Assembly (NCBI GenBank): GCA_046590325.1
Contig: JBKJUC010000162.1
Location: 21,768 to 85,767, forward strand
Reading direction: 5' to 3'
From: Burkholderiales bacterium
GTDB taxonomy: Bacteria > Pseudomonadota > Gammaproteobacteria > Burkholderiales > JACQAP01
Length of the DNA: 64,000 nt
The translations under genes and the position numbers were made by a program. Below the pieces are notes generated by a model, which had not been told where the DNA came from, did not search any database, and saw nothing but the letters and a program-made list of their open reading frames with translations. This document shows positions 54,470 to 63,962 of the stretch, one piece after another. Position 1 is the first letter of the stretch; every line of letters starts with the position of its first letter.

Positions 54470-55363
54470 ATGGAACAGCAGATTTTTGGCTTCGCGGGAG
54501 TCGGCCGCATGGGTTCGTTGATGGCCCCGCGGCTTCTGGCTGCCGGACATAGGGTCGTGGTCTTCGACGTCAGCCGGGATGCGGTGGACGCCATGGAAAA
54601 GCTCGGCGCGACGCGCGCCGCGTCAATGGCCGAATTGGGCAACAAGGCCAATACGGTTTTCCTCAGCCTGCCGAATCCGGAAATCGTGAACAGCGCGTCC
54701 CTCGGCAAGGACGGCCTGATAGAGGGAGGGCGTGTAAAGCGCGTGGTGGATTTTTCGACCATAGGTCCGCGCATGGCGGGAATCGTCGCCAGGGCCCTCG
54801 CGACGCGGGACGTGGTCTACGTGGATGCGCCGGTCAGCGGCGGACTTAAAGGTGCGCGAGAGGGGACGCTTGCGGTGATGATCGCGTGTCCCAAAGCGGT
54901 TTATGCCGAGATGGAGCCGGTGCTGAAAATCTTCGGCAAGCCGTTCCACCTCGGTGAAGTGGCGGGCCAGGCGCAGACCATGAAGCTCGCCAACAATCTT
55001 CTCGCCGCTGCGGCCATTGCGCTTTCGTCCGAGGCGATGGTGATGGGTGTGAAGGCCGGCCTCAATCCCAGGGTGATGCTGGACGTGCTCAACATCAGCA
55101 CCGGCCGCAACAGCGCCACCCAGGACAAGTTCCCGCGCTCGATCCTCCCCGGCACTTTCGATTTCGGTTTCGCCACGGGCCTGTCCTACAAGGACGTCAA
55201 GCTCTGCATCGACGAAGCGGAGGCGATGGGCGTGCCGATGATTTGCGGCGCCGCCGTGCGGCAGATGCTCGCCGTCACCAACGCGATGTACGGCGCGGAC
55301 TCGGATTTCACTTCCATGTGCCGGGTCGTCGAATCCTGGGCAGGCGTGGAAGTGCGGGGCTGA
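54470..55363 (+). CDS. NAD(P)-dependent oxidoreductase, 3-hydroxyisobutyrate dehydrogenase family
   Basis: RBS GGGAGG. MEQQIFGFAGVGRMGSLMAPRLLAAGHRVVVFD (GxGxxG). It has a 6PGDH-type NAD-binding domain followed by a helical domain. Confidence 0.8.
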   Translation: MEQQIFGFAGVGRMGSLMAPRLLAAGHRVVVFDVSRDAVDAMEKLGATRAASMAELGNKANTVFLSLPNPEIVNSASLGKDGLIEGGRVKRVVDFSTIGPRMAGIVARALATRDVVYVDAPVSGGLKGAREGTLAVMIACPKAVYAEMEPVLKIFGKPFHLGEVAGQAQTMKLANNLLAAAAIALSSEAMVMGVKAGLNPRVMLDVLNISTGRNSATQDKFPRSILPGTFDFGFATGLSYKDVKLCIDEAEAMGVPMICGAAVRQMLAVTNAMYGADSDFTSMCRVVESWAGVEVRG

Positions 55364-55417
55364 TCGGGCGGCCCGCTATCTGAATCCAGAATTTCCCGCT
55401 GACAAGGAGACGACCGA

Positions 55418-56815
55418 ATGTCCACGGCAACGCGATCAATGAGCAACCCGACGTTGCTCGAAGCGCATGAACCGCTTGCTGCGCGGATCGCCCGGGCCGC
55501 GGTTGCGACGTCACTGGATGCGCTGCCCGGCGAGGTGATCGACAAGGCCAAGCTTTGTCTTCTCGATCTTATCGGCTGCGCCTTCGAGTCGCGCGACCTG
55601 CCGTGGAGCCGCCAGGCGGTCGGGCTGGTGCAGTCCGCGGCCGACGGAAAAGGCGCAGCGGTAATCGGTTCGCCGCAACTCGCCGGATATGGCGATGCGG
55701 CCTTCGCCAATGCCGTCATGGGCCATGGCCTGGTGCGTGAGGACATGCATTCCGGCAGCATCAGCCATCTGGGCATCGTCGTGTTGCCGGCGCTGCTGGC
55801 CCTGGCGCAGTATCGCCGGGTCTCCGGCCGCGATTTCATCGTTGCCGCTGCGGTTGGCTATGAGGTCGGCGGGCAGGTCGGGCGCGCGGTCATGGATGCG
55901 GAAGTGGCGAGAATCCACCGGCCGACCGGTATCACCGGCCCGGTTGCCGCGGCAGCGGCAGGGGCGCGGATGCTTGCGCTGGGCGTGGAGGAAACGACCA
56001 GCGCGATCGCGCTGGGTGCGAACACCACTCTCGGATTCAACCAGTGGGCGCATACCGGCGGCAGCGAGATGTTCTTTCATGCCGGGTTCGCCGCACGCAA
56101 TGCGCTCACAGCTGTTCGCCTGGCCGAATCGGGAGCATTTGCCTCTCCCTCGGCGCTCGATGGTGAAGCCGGACTATTCGCCTCACTGAAAAAACGCTCT
56201 GCTGCGTCAAAGGTGGAGTTGTTCAGAGGCGCGCCGGAGATGCTGTCGGTCTATCACAAGCCGGTTCCGGCCTGCAATTTCGCCCAGACGGCCTGCCAGG
56301 CGGCATTGCGCATCGCCCAGCAGGTCGCTTCGGGACGCATCGCCTCCATCCGGGTGCGGGTGCCCCGCGCAGGAGCGTTGTACCCCGGGTGTGATTACAC
56401 AGGGCCCTTCGCCCATGTCCTGCAGGCGAAAATGAGCATCCAGTACAACGTTGCGGCCGCATTGATCCTTGGCGGCGTCTCGGAAAAGAATTTCACCTTG
56501 CTGAACGATCCGCTGCTGCACCGTCTCATCGGCCTGATGAAGCTGGAAGTGGACGACGAGATGACGCGCGCTTATCCGGCGCTGCAGGGCGGTGAAGTGG
56601 AAGTCACGGAAACCAGCGGCGCGGTATGCCGCATGCGGCTCGAAAACGTGGTCAATGCAACGGCGGAAGACGTGCGCGGCCGGTTCCGGGTGGCTGCTGC
56701 GGGCGTGGTCGGCGTCGGACGCACGGACGAGATCGAACGTTTCATCGATGCGCTGGATCGCAGCGACAACGCCGGGGCGCTGGGCCTGTTGTTGCAGGGC
56801 AGTTCGAATCCTTAA
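55418..56815 (+). CDS. MmgE/PrpD family protein (2-methylcitrate dehydratase-like fold)
   Basis: 465 aa. The pattern KLCLLDLIGCAF...GSISHLGIVVLPALLALAQ is typical of the PrpD/MmgE family. Confidence 0.75.
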   Translation: MSTATRSMSNPTLLEAHEPLAARIARAAVATSLDALPGEVIDKAKLCLLDLIGCAFESRDLPWSRQAVGLVQSAADGKGAAVIGSPQLAGYGDAAFANAVMGHGLVREDMHSGSISHLGIVVLPALLALAQYRRVSGRDFIVAAAVGYEVGGQVGRAVMDAEVARIHRPTGITGPVAAAAAGARMLALGVEETTSAIALGANTTLGFNQWAHTGGSEMFFHAGFAARNALTAVRLAESGAFASPSALDGEAGLFASLKKRSAASKVELFRGAPEMLSVYHKPVPACNFAQTACQAALRIAQQVASGRIASIRVRVPRAGALYPGCDYTGPFAHVLQAKMSIQYNVAAALILGGVSEKNFTLLNDPLLHRLIGLMKLEVDDEMTRAYPALQGGEVEVTETSGAVCRMRLENVVNATAEDVRGRFRVAAAGVVGVGRTDEIERFIDALDRSDNAGALGLLLQGSSNP

Positions 56816-56869
56816 AAGAGAAGGGCGGCGGATAGTGGCAAAAATGAGGAGCACCGGCCTCGCGGGCGG

Positions 56870-57835
56870 ATGCCGATGAGCGCACCCCAAATCCTGGAGA
56901 ACTTCCTGCAGGCCTTGACCGCGGGGCTGCTCACCGGGGCGATTTACGGACTCATGTGCGTGGGCCTCAGCGTCATCTTCGGCGTCATGCGGGTCATCAA
57001 TTTCGCCCACGGCGATTTCATGATGCTGGGCATGTACGCGGCCTACTATGCATTCGGCTCGTTCGGCCTGCAGGCGATCTTCGGCGCGTCTTCCGCGCCC
57101 TACGTGGCGGCGGTGCTGGCTGGACCGGTGATTTTCCTTGCCGGATTGCTCGTCCATAAATTCCTCGTGAGCAGGGTCACCGGCATGCGCGGCAGCACGC
57201 TGTCGGCGGACGGTCACTACGCGCAACTGATTCTGACGCTGGGCATTGCGCTGATCCTGCAGAATGGCGGCCTTTACCTGTTCGGTTCCGCGCCGGTTTC
57301 CATTCCGACGCCGCTAGCCTCGAGCGCCTGGGAACTGGGTCCGCTGTACGGCGATGCCGTCTCGATATTCGTCAACCAGGGCCAGACGGTCTCGGCGATC
57401 ATTGCCGTGGCAGTCGTGGGTGCCTTTGTCCTGTTCATGGGCCGATCCCAATTGGGAAAATCCCTGCGCGCGGCTGCCGACAATCCGGAGGCGGCCACTT
57501 ATATGGGAATCGATGTGGGCCGGGCGCACCGGCTGGCGTTCGGACTGGGCGTGGCAGTGACCGCGATCGGCGGAGGCTTGCTGGCTTCCGGCAGTTCCTT
57601 CCAGCCCTATGTCGGGCTGGAATACGTCATCGTGATGTACGCGGGTGTCGTGCTTGGAGGCCTGGGCAGCGTCTCTGGCGCGTTCTTCGGCGGACTGACC
57701 ATCGGTCTTGTGCAACAGCTTTCAACTCTGTTCCTGCCGAATCAGTTGCAGAACACGGCGATCTTCGTGGTCTTCCTGGCCATCGTCCTGCTGCGGCCGC
57801 AGGGGCTGTTCGGCAAGGCGCTGCGGAGAACCTGA
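56870..57835 (+). CDS. branched-chain amino acid-type ABC transporter permease (LivH-like)
   Basis: 321 aa. LTGAIYGLMCVGLSVIFGVMRVINFAHGDFMMLG is a typical LivH N-terminus. Confidence 0.85.
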   Translation: MPMSAPQILENFLQALTAGLLTGAIYGLMCVGLSVIFGVMRVINFAHGDFMMLGMYAAYYAFGSFGLQAIFGASSAPYVAAVLAGPVIFLAGLLVHKFLVSRVTGMRGSTLSADGHYAQLILTLGIALILQNGGLYLFGSAPVSIPTPLASSAWELGPLYGDAVSIFVNQGQTVSAIIAVAVVGAFVLFMGRSQLGKSLRAAADNPEAATYMGIDVGRAHRLAFGLGVAVTAIGGGLLASGSSFQPYVGLEYVIVMYAGVVLGGLGSVSGAFFGGLTIGLVQQLSTLFLPNQLQNTAIFVVFLAIVLLRPQGLFGKALRRT

Positions 57836-57837
57836 GC

Positions 57838-59613
57838 ATGGGACGCGATAGCCGCCGCCAAATCGTGTTCATCGGCGCATTCGGACTGATCTATGCGCTG
57901 GTTGTCCTGTTCGCCCATCATTCGTACTACCAGTTGATTCTCACCGTGGTGCCCATCTGGGCGGTGATGGGCCTGGCCTGGAACATACTCAGCGGCTACA
58001 GCGGATTCGTATCCTTCGGTCATGCCGCGTTTTTTGGACTTGGGGCTTATTTCGTGGCGCTCTCCCAGATCCACTGGGGCCTTTCGCCATGGCTGGGCAT
58101 TCCCTGTGCGGGCGTCGTCGGCGGCATCGCCGGATTGGCGGTCGGCATTCCCACGTTCCGGCTGCGCGGGCATTACTTTGCCCTGGCCATGCTCGCTTAC
58201 CCGCTGGCGCTGCTGTATGTCTTCGAGTGGCTGGGTTACCAGGAACTGGCGCTGCCGATGCAGCGCGAGGCGCCGCTGCTTTACATGCAGTTTACCGACC
58301 ACCGTATTTATGCATGGCTCGCACTGGCATTGCTGATGGGGTCGATGTTCCTCACTGTCTGGGTGGAACGCTCGCGCTTCGGCATGTCCCTGGTCGCGAT
58401 CAAGGAAGATGAAGCGGCGGCGGAAGCCGCCGGCATCCGTACGCTTTCCTGGAAACTCAAGGCGATCACCCTCAGCGGTGCGATGGCCGGTGTTGCCGGG
58501 GGACTGTATGCGGTCGTGCTGCTGGTGGTCACGCCGCCAGCGGTGTTCGGCATGCTGGTTTCGGCGCAGGCCCTGATCGTCGCCATGTTCGGCGGGGTCG
58601 GCACCGTGTGGGGACCCGTGATCGGCGCGGTGGTCCTGGTGCCGTTGAGCGAAGTCCTCCATGCGAAGTTGGGCAACGTGATTCCGGGTATCCAGGGCGT
58701 GGTGTACGGGACCGCAATCGTCGCCGTCATCCTGCTTGCGCCTGAAGGCGTGTTCTGGAAGGTGAAGGACATGATCCGCAAGCGCAACGGCAGTGCGAAG
58801 GACTTGCGTCGGGAAGCTTCGCCCGGCCAGATCTCCGCAACCATCGTTGATTTGCCCGTTCGCAGAATGGCAGCCAAAAGTGAAATCGTGCTGCAAGTGG
58901 CCCATGTATCGAAATCATTCGGCGGCCTGCAGGCGGTCCGCGATGTGAGTCTCGCCGTCACGCGCGGCGAGATCCTCGGCATCATTGGCCCCAATGGCGC
59001 CGGCAAGACCACGCTGTTCAATCTGCTCAATGGGTTCATCCGTCCCGACCAGGGCCGTGTATTGCTCGAAGGCAAGGACGTGGCGGGACGGGCACCCTAT
59101 AAAATCTGCGCCGCCGGAGTGGGGCGCACCTTCCAGGTCGTCAGGCCATTCCGGCGCATGACGGTGTTCGAGAACGTGATCGTTGGCGCCTATGTAAACG
59201 CGGTCTCCGGTCAGGAAGCACGAGAGGTGGCGGAGGCCGCAATGAAGCGCGCCGGACTGGAGCGCGATGCGCTCAGGGCCGCCGGCGAGCTGACCAACAA
59301 GCAGTTGCGACTGCTCGAAATTGCGCGCGCCCTGGCGGGTCGTCCGAAAATCCTGCTGCTGGACGAAACCCTGGCTGGCCTGGGCGGCACGGAGGTCGAG
59401 GAGGTCATCGCCCTGGTGCGGCAGCTTGCAGCCGAAGGCATGACCATTGTCATCATCGAACACACCATGCAGGCCATGGTGCGGCTGGTCGACCGCTTTG
59501 TGGTGCTGAACGAGGGCGCGGTGCTGGCGGAAGGCCAGCCGGCCGAAATTACCCGCAACGAAGCCGTGATCGACGCCTACCTGGGACGCAAGTGGAGGAT
59601 GGCGAATGCTTGA
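57838..59613 (+). CDS. fused ABC permease (LivM-like) and ATP-binding (LivG-like) protein
   Basis: 591 aa. The N-terminal about 330 aa are polytopic (GYSGFVSFGHAAFFGLGAY). The C-terminal half has Walker A GPNGAGKTT and an LLLDE Walker B. Confidence 0.85.
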   Translation: MGRDSRRQIVFIGAFGLIYALVVLFAHHSYYQLILTVVPIWAVMGLAWNILSGYSGFVSFGHAAFFGLGAYFVALSQIHWGLSPWLGIPCAGVVGGIAGLAVGIPTFRLRGHYFALAMLAYPLALLYVFEWLGYQELALPMQREAPLLYMQFTDHRIYAWLALALLMGSMFLTVWVERSRFGMSLVAIKEDEAAAEAAGIRTLSWKLKAITLSGAMAGVAGGLYAVVLLVVTPPAVFGMLVSAQALIVAMFGGVGTVWGPVIGAVVLVPLSEVLHAKLGNVIPGIQGVVYGTAIVAVILLAPEGVFWKVKDMIRKRNGSAKDLRREASPGQISATIVDLPVRRMAAKSEIVLQVAHVSKSFGGLQAVRDVSLAVTRGEILGIIGPNGAGKTTLFNLLNGFIRPDQGRVLLEGKDVAGRAPYKICAAGVGRTFQVVRPFRRMTVFENVIVGAYVNAVSGQEAREVAEAAMKRAGLERDALRAAGELTNKQLRLLEIARALAGRPKILLLDETLAGLGGTEVEEVIALVRQLAAEGMTIVIIEHTMQAMVRLVDRFVVLNEGAVLAEGQPAEITRNEAVIDAYLGRKWRMANA

Positions 59614-60313
59614 AGTCCAGGGCCTCAGTGCGGGCTATGGCGGGCTGCAGGTGCTCCATGGCGTGACGTTGCGGGTGGGGGCCGGCGAGTTCGCGGCGAT
59701 CGTCGGACCGAACGGCGCAGGCAAGACCACATTGTTCAAGACCATCTCGGGAATCGTGCAGCCGACCGGTGGCGCGATTCGATTCGAGGATCGTGACCTG
59801 CTGGCCATTACGCCATCGTCCCGGCCTCATCTTGGTATCGCGCATGTTCCGGAGGGCCGGCAGGTGTTCCCGTCGCTGACTGTGCGTGAAAACCTGGAGA
59901 TGGGAGCGCGTACCGAGGCCGGCCGCCTTGCGTGGAAAGACAATCTGGAAAAGATCCATGCGTGGTTTCCCGTACTGGCCCAGCGCGCCACCGCACTCGC
60001 AGGCTCCCTGTCCGGCGGGCAGCAGCAGATGCTGGCCATTGCCCGCGGGCTGGCGTCGGCGCCGAAGCTGCTGATGCTCGACGAACCGTCCATGGGGCTC
60101 GCCCCCGCAATCGCCGACGAGATCTTCGAGCGCATTGTTTCGATTCATGGCAGCGCAGGACTGACGATTCTCCTGGTGGAGCAGCGCGTGGCCGAGGCCT
60201 TGCATTACGCCAGCCGCGGCTACGTGCTGGAAGCGGGGCGGATAGCGCTCGAGGGAACGCACGAGGAACTGAAAAGCAACGATCGCATCCGCCAGGCCTA
60301 CCTGGGGATGTAG
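59606..60313 (+). CDS. ABC transporter ATP-binding protein (LivF-like)
   Basis: 235 aa. MLEVQGLSAGYGGLQVLHGV, Walker A GPNGAGKTT, signature LSGGQQQM. 8-nt overlap with the upstream gene. Confidence 0.88.
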   Translation: MLEVQGLSAGYGGLQVLHGVTLRVGAGEFAAIVGPNGAGKTTLFKTISGIVQPTGGAIRFEDRDLLAITPSSRPHLGIAHVPEGRQVFPSLTVRENLEMGARTEAGRLAWKDNLEKIHAWFPVLAQRATALAGSLSGGQQQMLAIARGLASAPKLLMLDEPSMGLAPAIADEIFERIVSIHGSAGLTILLVEQRVAEALHYASRGYVLEAGRIALEGTHEELKSNDRIRQAYLGM

Positions 60314-60348
60314 CACAAAGCGGCAATCGAAAAACGAGGAGATACGCA

Positions 60349-61596
60349 ATGAGCGCATTGCATTCAGGGGCTGGGAAAAGACTGGCAGGCATCCTTGGCG
60401 CGGTCGTATTCGCGGCCATAACAGCCGGCGCGATGGCGCAAACGAAGGAAGTGGAGGTCGGCTTGATTGCGCCGATGTCCGGTCCCTGGGCGCGCCAGGG
60501 CCAGGTGATGAAGCTGGCCGCCGACATGGCCATCGAATCGGTCAACAAACAGGGCGGGATCAAATCCCTGGGCGGGGCGAAGATGAAGCTGGTGGTTTTC
60601 GACGCGGGAGACAGCGTCGAGAAGGCCAAGAATGCCGCGCAACGCATGGTTGCGGACTCGCCCAATCTCGTGGTGGCAACCGGTGCGTATCTGAGTTCAT
60701 TTACGCTGGCTGTGACCGAGGTCACCGAGCGCGCGCAATTGCCCGTCGTCACGTTCTCCTACTCGGATCTCATCACCTCGCGCGGGTTCAAGTATGTCTT
60801 CCAGACATCGGCCACCGGCGTACAGCAGGCCGAGGGATCGCTCCCGGCGCTGCTGGAGATGGCGGAAAAGGCATCCGGAAAACGCCCACAGACCATCGGG
60901 ATCGTGATGGACAACACCGCGGCGTCGGTGGCATTCGTGAAACCCATGCGTGACCACCAACTGGCCAAACTCGGCCTCAGGCTGGTGGTGGACGAAACCT
61001 TCACGCCGCCCCTTGCCAATGCGACACCCCTGATCCAGAAGGTGCGTTCGGCAAAACCCGACCTGTTGCTGCTGCTACCTACTGCCATTCCCGACGCCAA
61101 GCTCCTGCTGGAGAAAATGAACGAATTCGGGCTCGGGCGCGGCAAGCTGCCCACGATATCCAATGGCGCCGCGATCCTCGATCCTGACCTGCGCAACAAC
61201 ATGAACATCGAACAGCTCGAGGGCGTGATGGCCGTGGTGGCAAACTGGACGACCAGTGCGCAAAAGGAGTTCGTCGCGGAAGTGAAAAGGAAAACCAGCG
61301 AACCCTGGCCGACCCAGCATTTTGTCACCACCTATGGCGACATCCTGATTTTCAGGGCGGCTCTCGAAGCCGCCGGCAAGGCCGATCGGGAAGCGGTGGC
61401 GAAGGCCCTCCATGCCATGAACATCACAGGAGGCCCTGCGGCATTCTTTCCGGGGAACGGAAAGCTCAAATTCGATGACAGCGGACACCGCGAGGACGCC
61501 AGCCTGCTGATCGTGCAATGGCAGAAGGGCGTGCCGATCACCATTTATCCGGCCAGGGACGCGATATCGCCGCCGATTTGGCCTAAACAACAGTAG
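60349..61596 (+). CDS. ABC transporter substrate-binding protein (LivK/Peripla_BP_6-like)
   Basis: RBS GAGGAG. Start MSALHSGAGKRLAGILGAVVFAAITAGAMAQ (signal peptide). EVEVGLIAPMSGPWARQG is typical of the family. The ORF-track extension to 59932 overlaps livF. Confidence 0.85.
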   Translation: MSALHSGAGKRLAGILGAVVFAAITAGAMAQTKEVEVGLIAPMSGPWARQGQVMKLAADMAIESVNKQGGIKSLGGAKMKLVVFDAGDSVEKAKNAAQRMVADSPNLVVATGAYLSSFTLAVTEVTERAQLPVVTFSYSDLITSRGFKYVFQTSATGVQQAEGSLPALLEMAEKASGKRPQTIGIVMDNTAASVAFVKPMRDHQLAKLGLRLVVDETFTPPLANATPLIQKVRSAKPDLLLLLPTAIPDAKLLLEKMNEFGLGRGKLPTISNGAAILDPDLRNNMNIEQLEGVMAVVANWTTSAQKEFVAEVKRKTSEPWPTQHFVTTYGDILIFRAALEAAGKADREAVAKALHAMNITGGPAAFFPGNGKLKFDDSGHREDASLLIVQWQKGVPITIYPARDAISPPIWPKQQ

Positions 61597-61638
61597 GTTC
61601 GACGCATTTTCATTCATCAGACTGCAAAGGAGAAAGCA

Positions 61639-62031
61639 ATGAACGACGAGCTATTCAAGCGCGGGCTCGAAATCCGCAAATCCGTGCTGGGCGCTGAATT
61701 CGTGGAGAAGTCCCTCGCCGCCGCCGACGATTTCAATATGCCGATGCAAAGGCTGACGACCGAATACTGCTGGGGTGCGGTATGGGGCCGGGAAGAGGGA
61801 TTGCCGAAGAAAACCCGCAGCATGCTCAATCTCGCCATGCTGTCCGCGCTGAACCGGCCGCATGAACTGAAAATGCACATCGGTGGTGCCTTGCGCAATG
61901 GCCTGACCAAGGCCGAGATCCGGGAAGTGCTGCTGCAGGTGGCGATCTACTGCGGCATTCCGGCGGGCGTCGATGCCTTCCGGGTTGCGAAGGAAGCCAT
62001 TGCGGAATTCGAGAAGAACGAAAAGAAGTAG
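61639..62031 (+). CDS. carboxymuconolactone decarboxylase (CMD/PcaC-like) family protein
   Basis: 130 aa. RBS AAGGAG. TEYCWGAVWGREGLPKKTRSMLNLAMLSALNRPHELKMHIGGALRNGLTKAEIREVLLQVAIYCGIPAG matches the gamma-CMD pattern. Confidence 0.82.
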   Translation: MNDELFKRGLEIRKSVLGAEFVEKSLAAADDFNMPMQRLTTEYCWGAVWGREEGLPKKTRSMLNLAMLSALNRPHELKMHIGGALRNGLTKAEIREVLLQVAIYCGIPAGVDAFRVAKEAIAEFEKNEKK

Positions 62032-62064
62032 CGCCTGCAACGATCAGATGCGGAGAGCCGGGCC

Positions 62065-62865
62065 ATGACCGAAGACACCTACGAAGTCCATGCAATCAAG
62101 TACGCGCGCCTGTCGCGCCGTTCGCCGGAGAATTTCATTGGCGGCGACGAGCACGATTCGGAGATGCCGCTGAATTACTACGTCTGGGTGATTTCGAACG
62201 CGGCACGCAGCATCGTGGTGGATACCGGCTTCGGCGAAGAGATGGCGAAAAAACGCGGCAGGCAGATCGTCCGACCGGTCGCCGAGGGTGTCAAGGCCCT
62301 GGGCATCTCCCCGGAGAGCGTGAAGGACGTGATCATCACCCACATGCACTATGACCATGCCGGCAACCTGCCGTTGTTCGCCAACGCGCGCTATCACCTG
62401 CAGGACAAGGAGATGGATTTCGCCACCGGCCGCTGCATGTGCCACCGGATGATGAGCCACGGTTATGAAGCCGATGATGTGGTCCATATGGTCCGCTGCG
62501 TCTTCGACCAGCGTGTCCAGTTCCACGATGGTTCTGCGGAAATCGCCCCTGGCATCGAGGTGCACCACATCGGCGGGCATACCAGGGGACTGCAGGCTGT
62601 GCGCGTGCGCACGCGCAGGGGATGGGTGGTACTGGCTTCCGATGCCAGCCATTTTTATGCCCACATGGAACAGGACCGGTTGTTTCCGATCGTCTACAAC
62701 GTCGGCGACATGCTGGAAGGCTTCAGGACCCTGCGCAAGCTGGCCTCGTCGCCTTCACACATCGTTCCGGGTCACGACCCGCTGGTGATGGCGCGTTACC
62801 CGGCTGCAAAGCCGGGAATGGAAGACTGGATCGTCAGGCTCGACGCCGAACCCATCAAGACATAG
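62065..62865 (+). CDS. MBL-fold metallo-hydrolase (lactonase-like)
   Basis: 266 aa. Metal motif ITHMHYDHAGN, later HHIGGHTRG and VPGHD. This resembles N-acyl homoserine lactonase-type MBL proteins. Confidence 0.8.
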   Translation: MTEDTYEVHAIKYARLSRRSPENFIGGDEHDSEMPLNYYVWVISNAARSIVVDTGFGEEMAKKRGRQIVRPVAEGVKALGISPESVKDVIITHMHYDHAGNLPLFANARYHLQDKEMDFATGRCMCHRMMSHGYEADDVVHMVRCVFDQRVQFHDGSAEIAPGIEVHHIGGHTRGLQAVRVRTRRGWVVLASDASHFYAHMEQDRLFPIVYNVGDMLEGFRTLRKLASSPSHIVPGHDPLVMARYPAAKPGMEDWIVRLDAEPIKT

Positions 62866-62866
62866 A

Positions 62867-63026
62867 TCTTGAACCACGGAGGACACGGATACCCTCGCGA
62901 AGCGTGGAGTACCCTTTTAGGGCACGGAAGAGAACACGAACGAGAGGGGTGAATAATTTTCGCAGGCTGCGAAGGACATCTGCAGGTTTTCCTCCTGCTT
63001 TTCTCCGTGCCCTCCGTGGTTCAAGA
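62867..63026. repeat. palindromic non-coding element, 9-mer-periodic arms (CACGGAGGA variant)
   Basis: Terminal inverted repeat TCTTGAACCACGGAGGACACGGA / TCCGTGCCCTCCGTGGTTCAAGA, 22/23 complementary. It fills the gap between the convergent MBL and LysR genes. Confidence 0.85.
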
Positions 63027-63038
63027 CCTTGTATCGCC

Positions 63039-63962
63039 TTACCGCTTGGGTGACCAGCGGCCTTCGGCGACCAGTGTATCGACCTGTTTGCGGACGAAAC
63101 CAACAAGGGCGCGCGCGGCTTTCGTGACCGGCCGCTGAGTGGAGGTGGCGACCACCAGCGAGCGTGTCATGGTTGGTTGAACGATCGACCATTTGCGGAT
63201 GCGTCCTGCCTCGAGCAGGTGGTGCGCGGAGGAGTACGACAGGATGGTATAGCCGATTCCACTTTCGACCAGCGAGAGTGTCGAAGGCATCGCATCGATC
63301 TCGACCTGGACGTTCGGTGTCACGCCTATTCCAGCCAGGAAATCGTCCACCAGTACACGCAGCCCATGCGGCCGGCTGGGGAGAATCAGCGGTATGTCCG
63401 CAAGCCGGGCAGCCGCCAGATCCCCGGATCCTGCGCCAGCGGGATCGTTCACCGGGCCAAGCAGAAACAGTTCGTCGGTCAGCAGGGGATCGGTCACCAG
63501 CGCGCTGGTGCGCGGTGCGTTGTAGAGCACCGCCACGTCGATCCTTCCGGTGGTCAGCCATTCCAGTACGTGGCCGCTGAACCCCTCCATCACGCCCAGG
63601 GATACCTTTGGAAACTCGGCCCGGAATTGGCGCACGATGGGTGCGGTGAGAACGGCGCCAACCGACGGCGGCAATCCGATCACCACCCGGCCGCTGGGCA
63701 CGGAGCCCAGCGAGTGAATCGCGCGTTTGGCGCCCGCAGTAGTTTCCAGTACGCCGCGGGCATGCTGCTCGAACACTTTGCCCGCTTCGCTGAGGACGAT
63801 GCCGCGTCCGGTGCGATAGTAGAGTTCCGCGCCGAGCTCCTGCTCGAGCGCCTTGATCTGGCGGCTGAGGATCGGTTGCGCGACGCAGAGCCGAATCGCG
63901 GCCCGGGAAAAAGCACCTGTCTCCGCGATGGCGATGAAGTATTCGAGTTGCCGGAGTTCCAT
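63039..63962 (-). CDS. LysR family transcriptional regulator
   Basis: 307 aa. MELRQLEYFIAIAETGAFSRAAIRLCVAQPILSRQIKALEQELG (wHTH) plus a LysR substrate-binding domain. Confidence 0.9.
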   Translation of the reverse strand: MELRQLEYFIAIAETGAFSRAAIRLCVAQPILSRQIKALEQELGAELYYRTGRGIVLSEAGKVFEQHARGVLETTAGAKRAIHSLGSVPSGRVVIGLPPSVGAVLTAPIVRQFRAEFPKVSLGVMEGFSGHVLEWLTTGRIDVAVLYNAPRTSALVTDPLLTDELFLLGPVNDPAGAGSGDLAAARLADIPLILPSRPHGLRVLVDDFLAGIGVTPNVQVEIDAMPSTLSLVESGIGYTILSYSSAHHLLEAGRIRKWSIVQPTMTRSLVVATSTQRPVTKAARALVGFVRKQVDTLVAEGRWSPKR

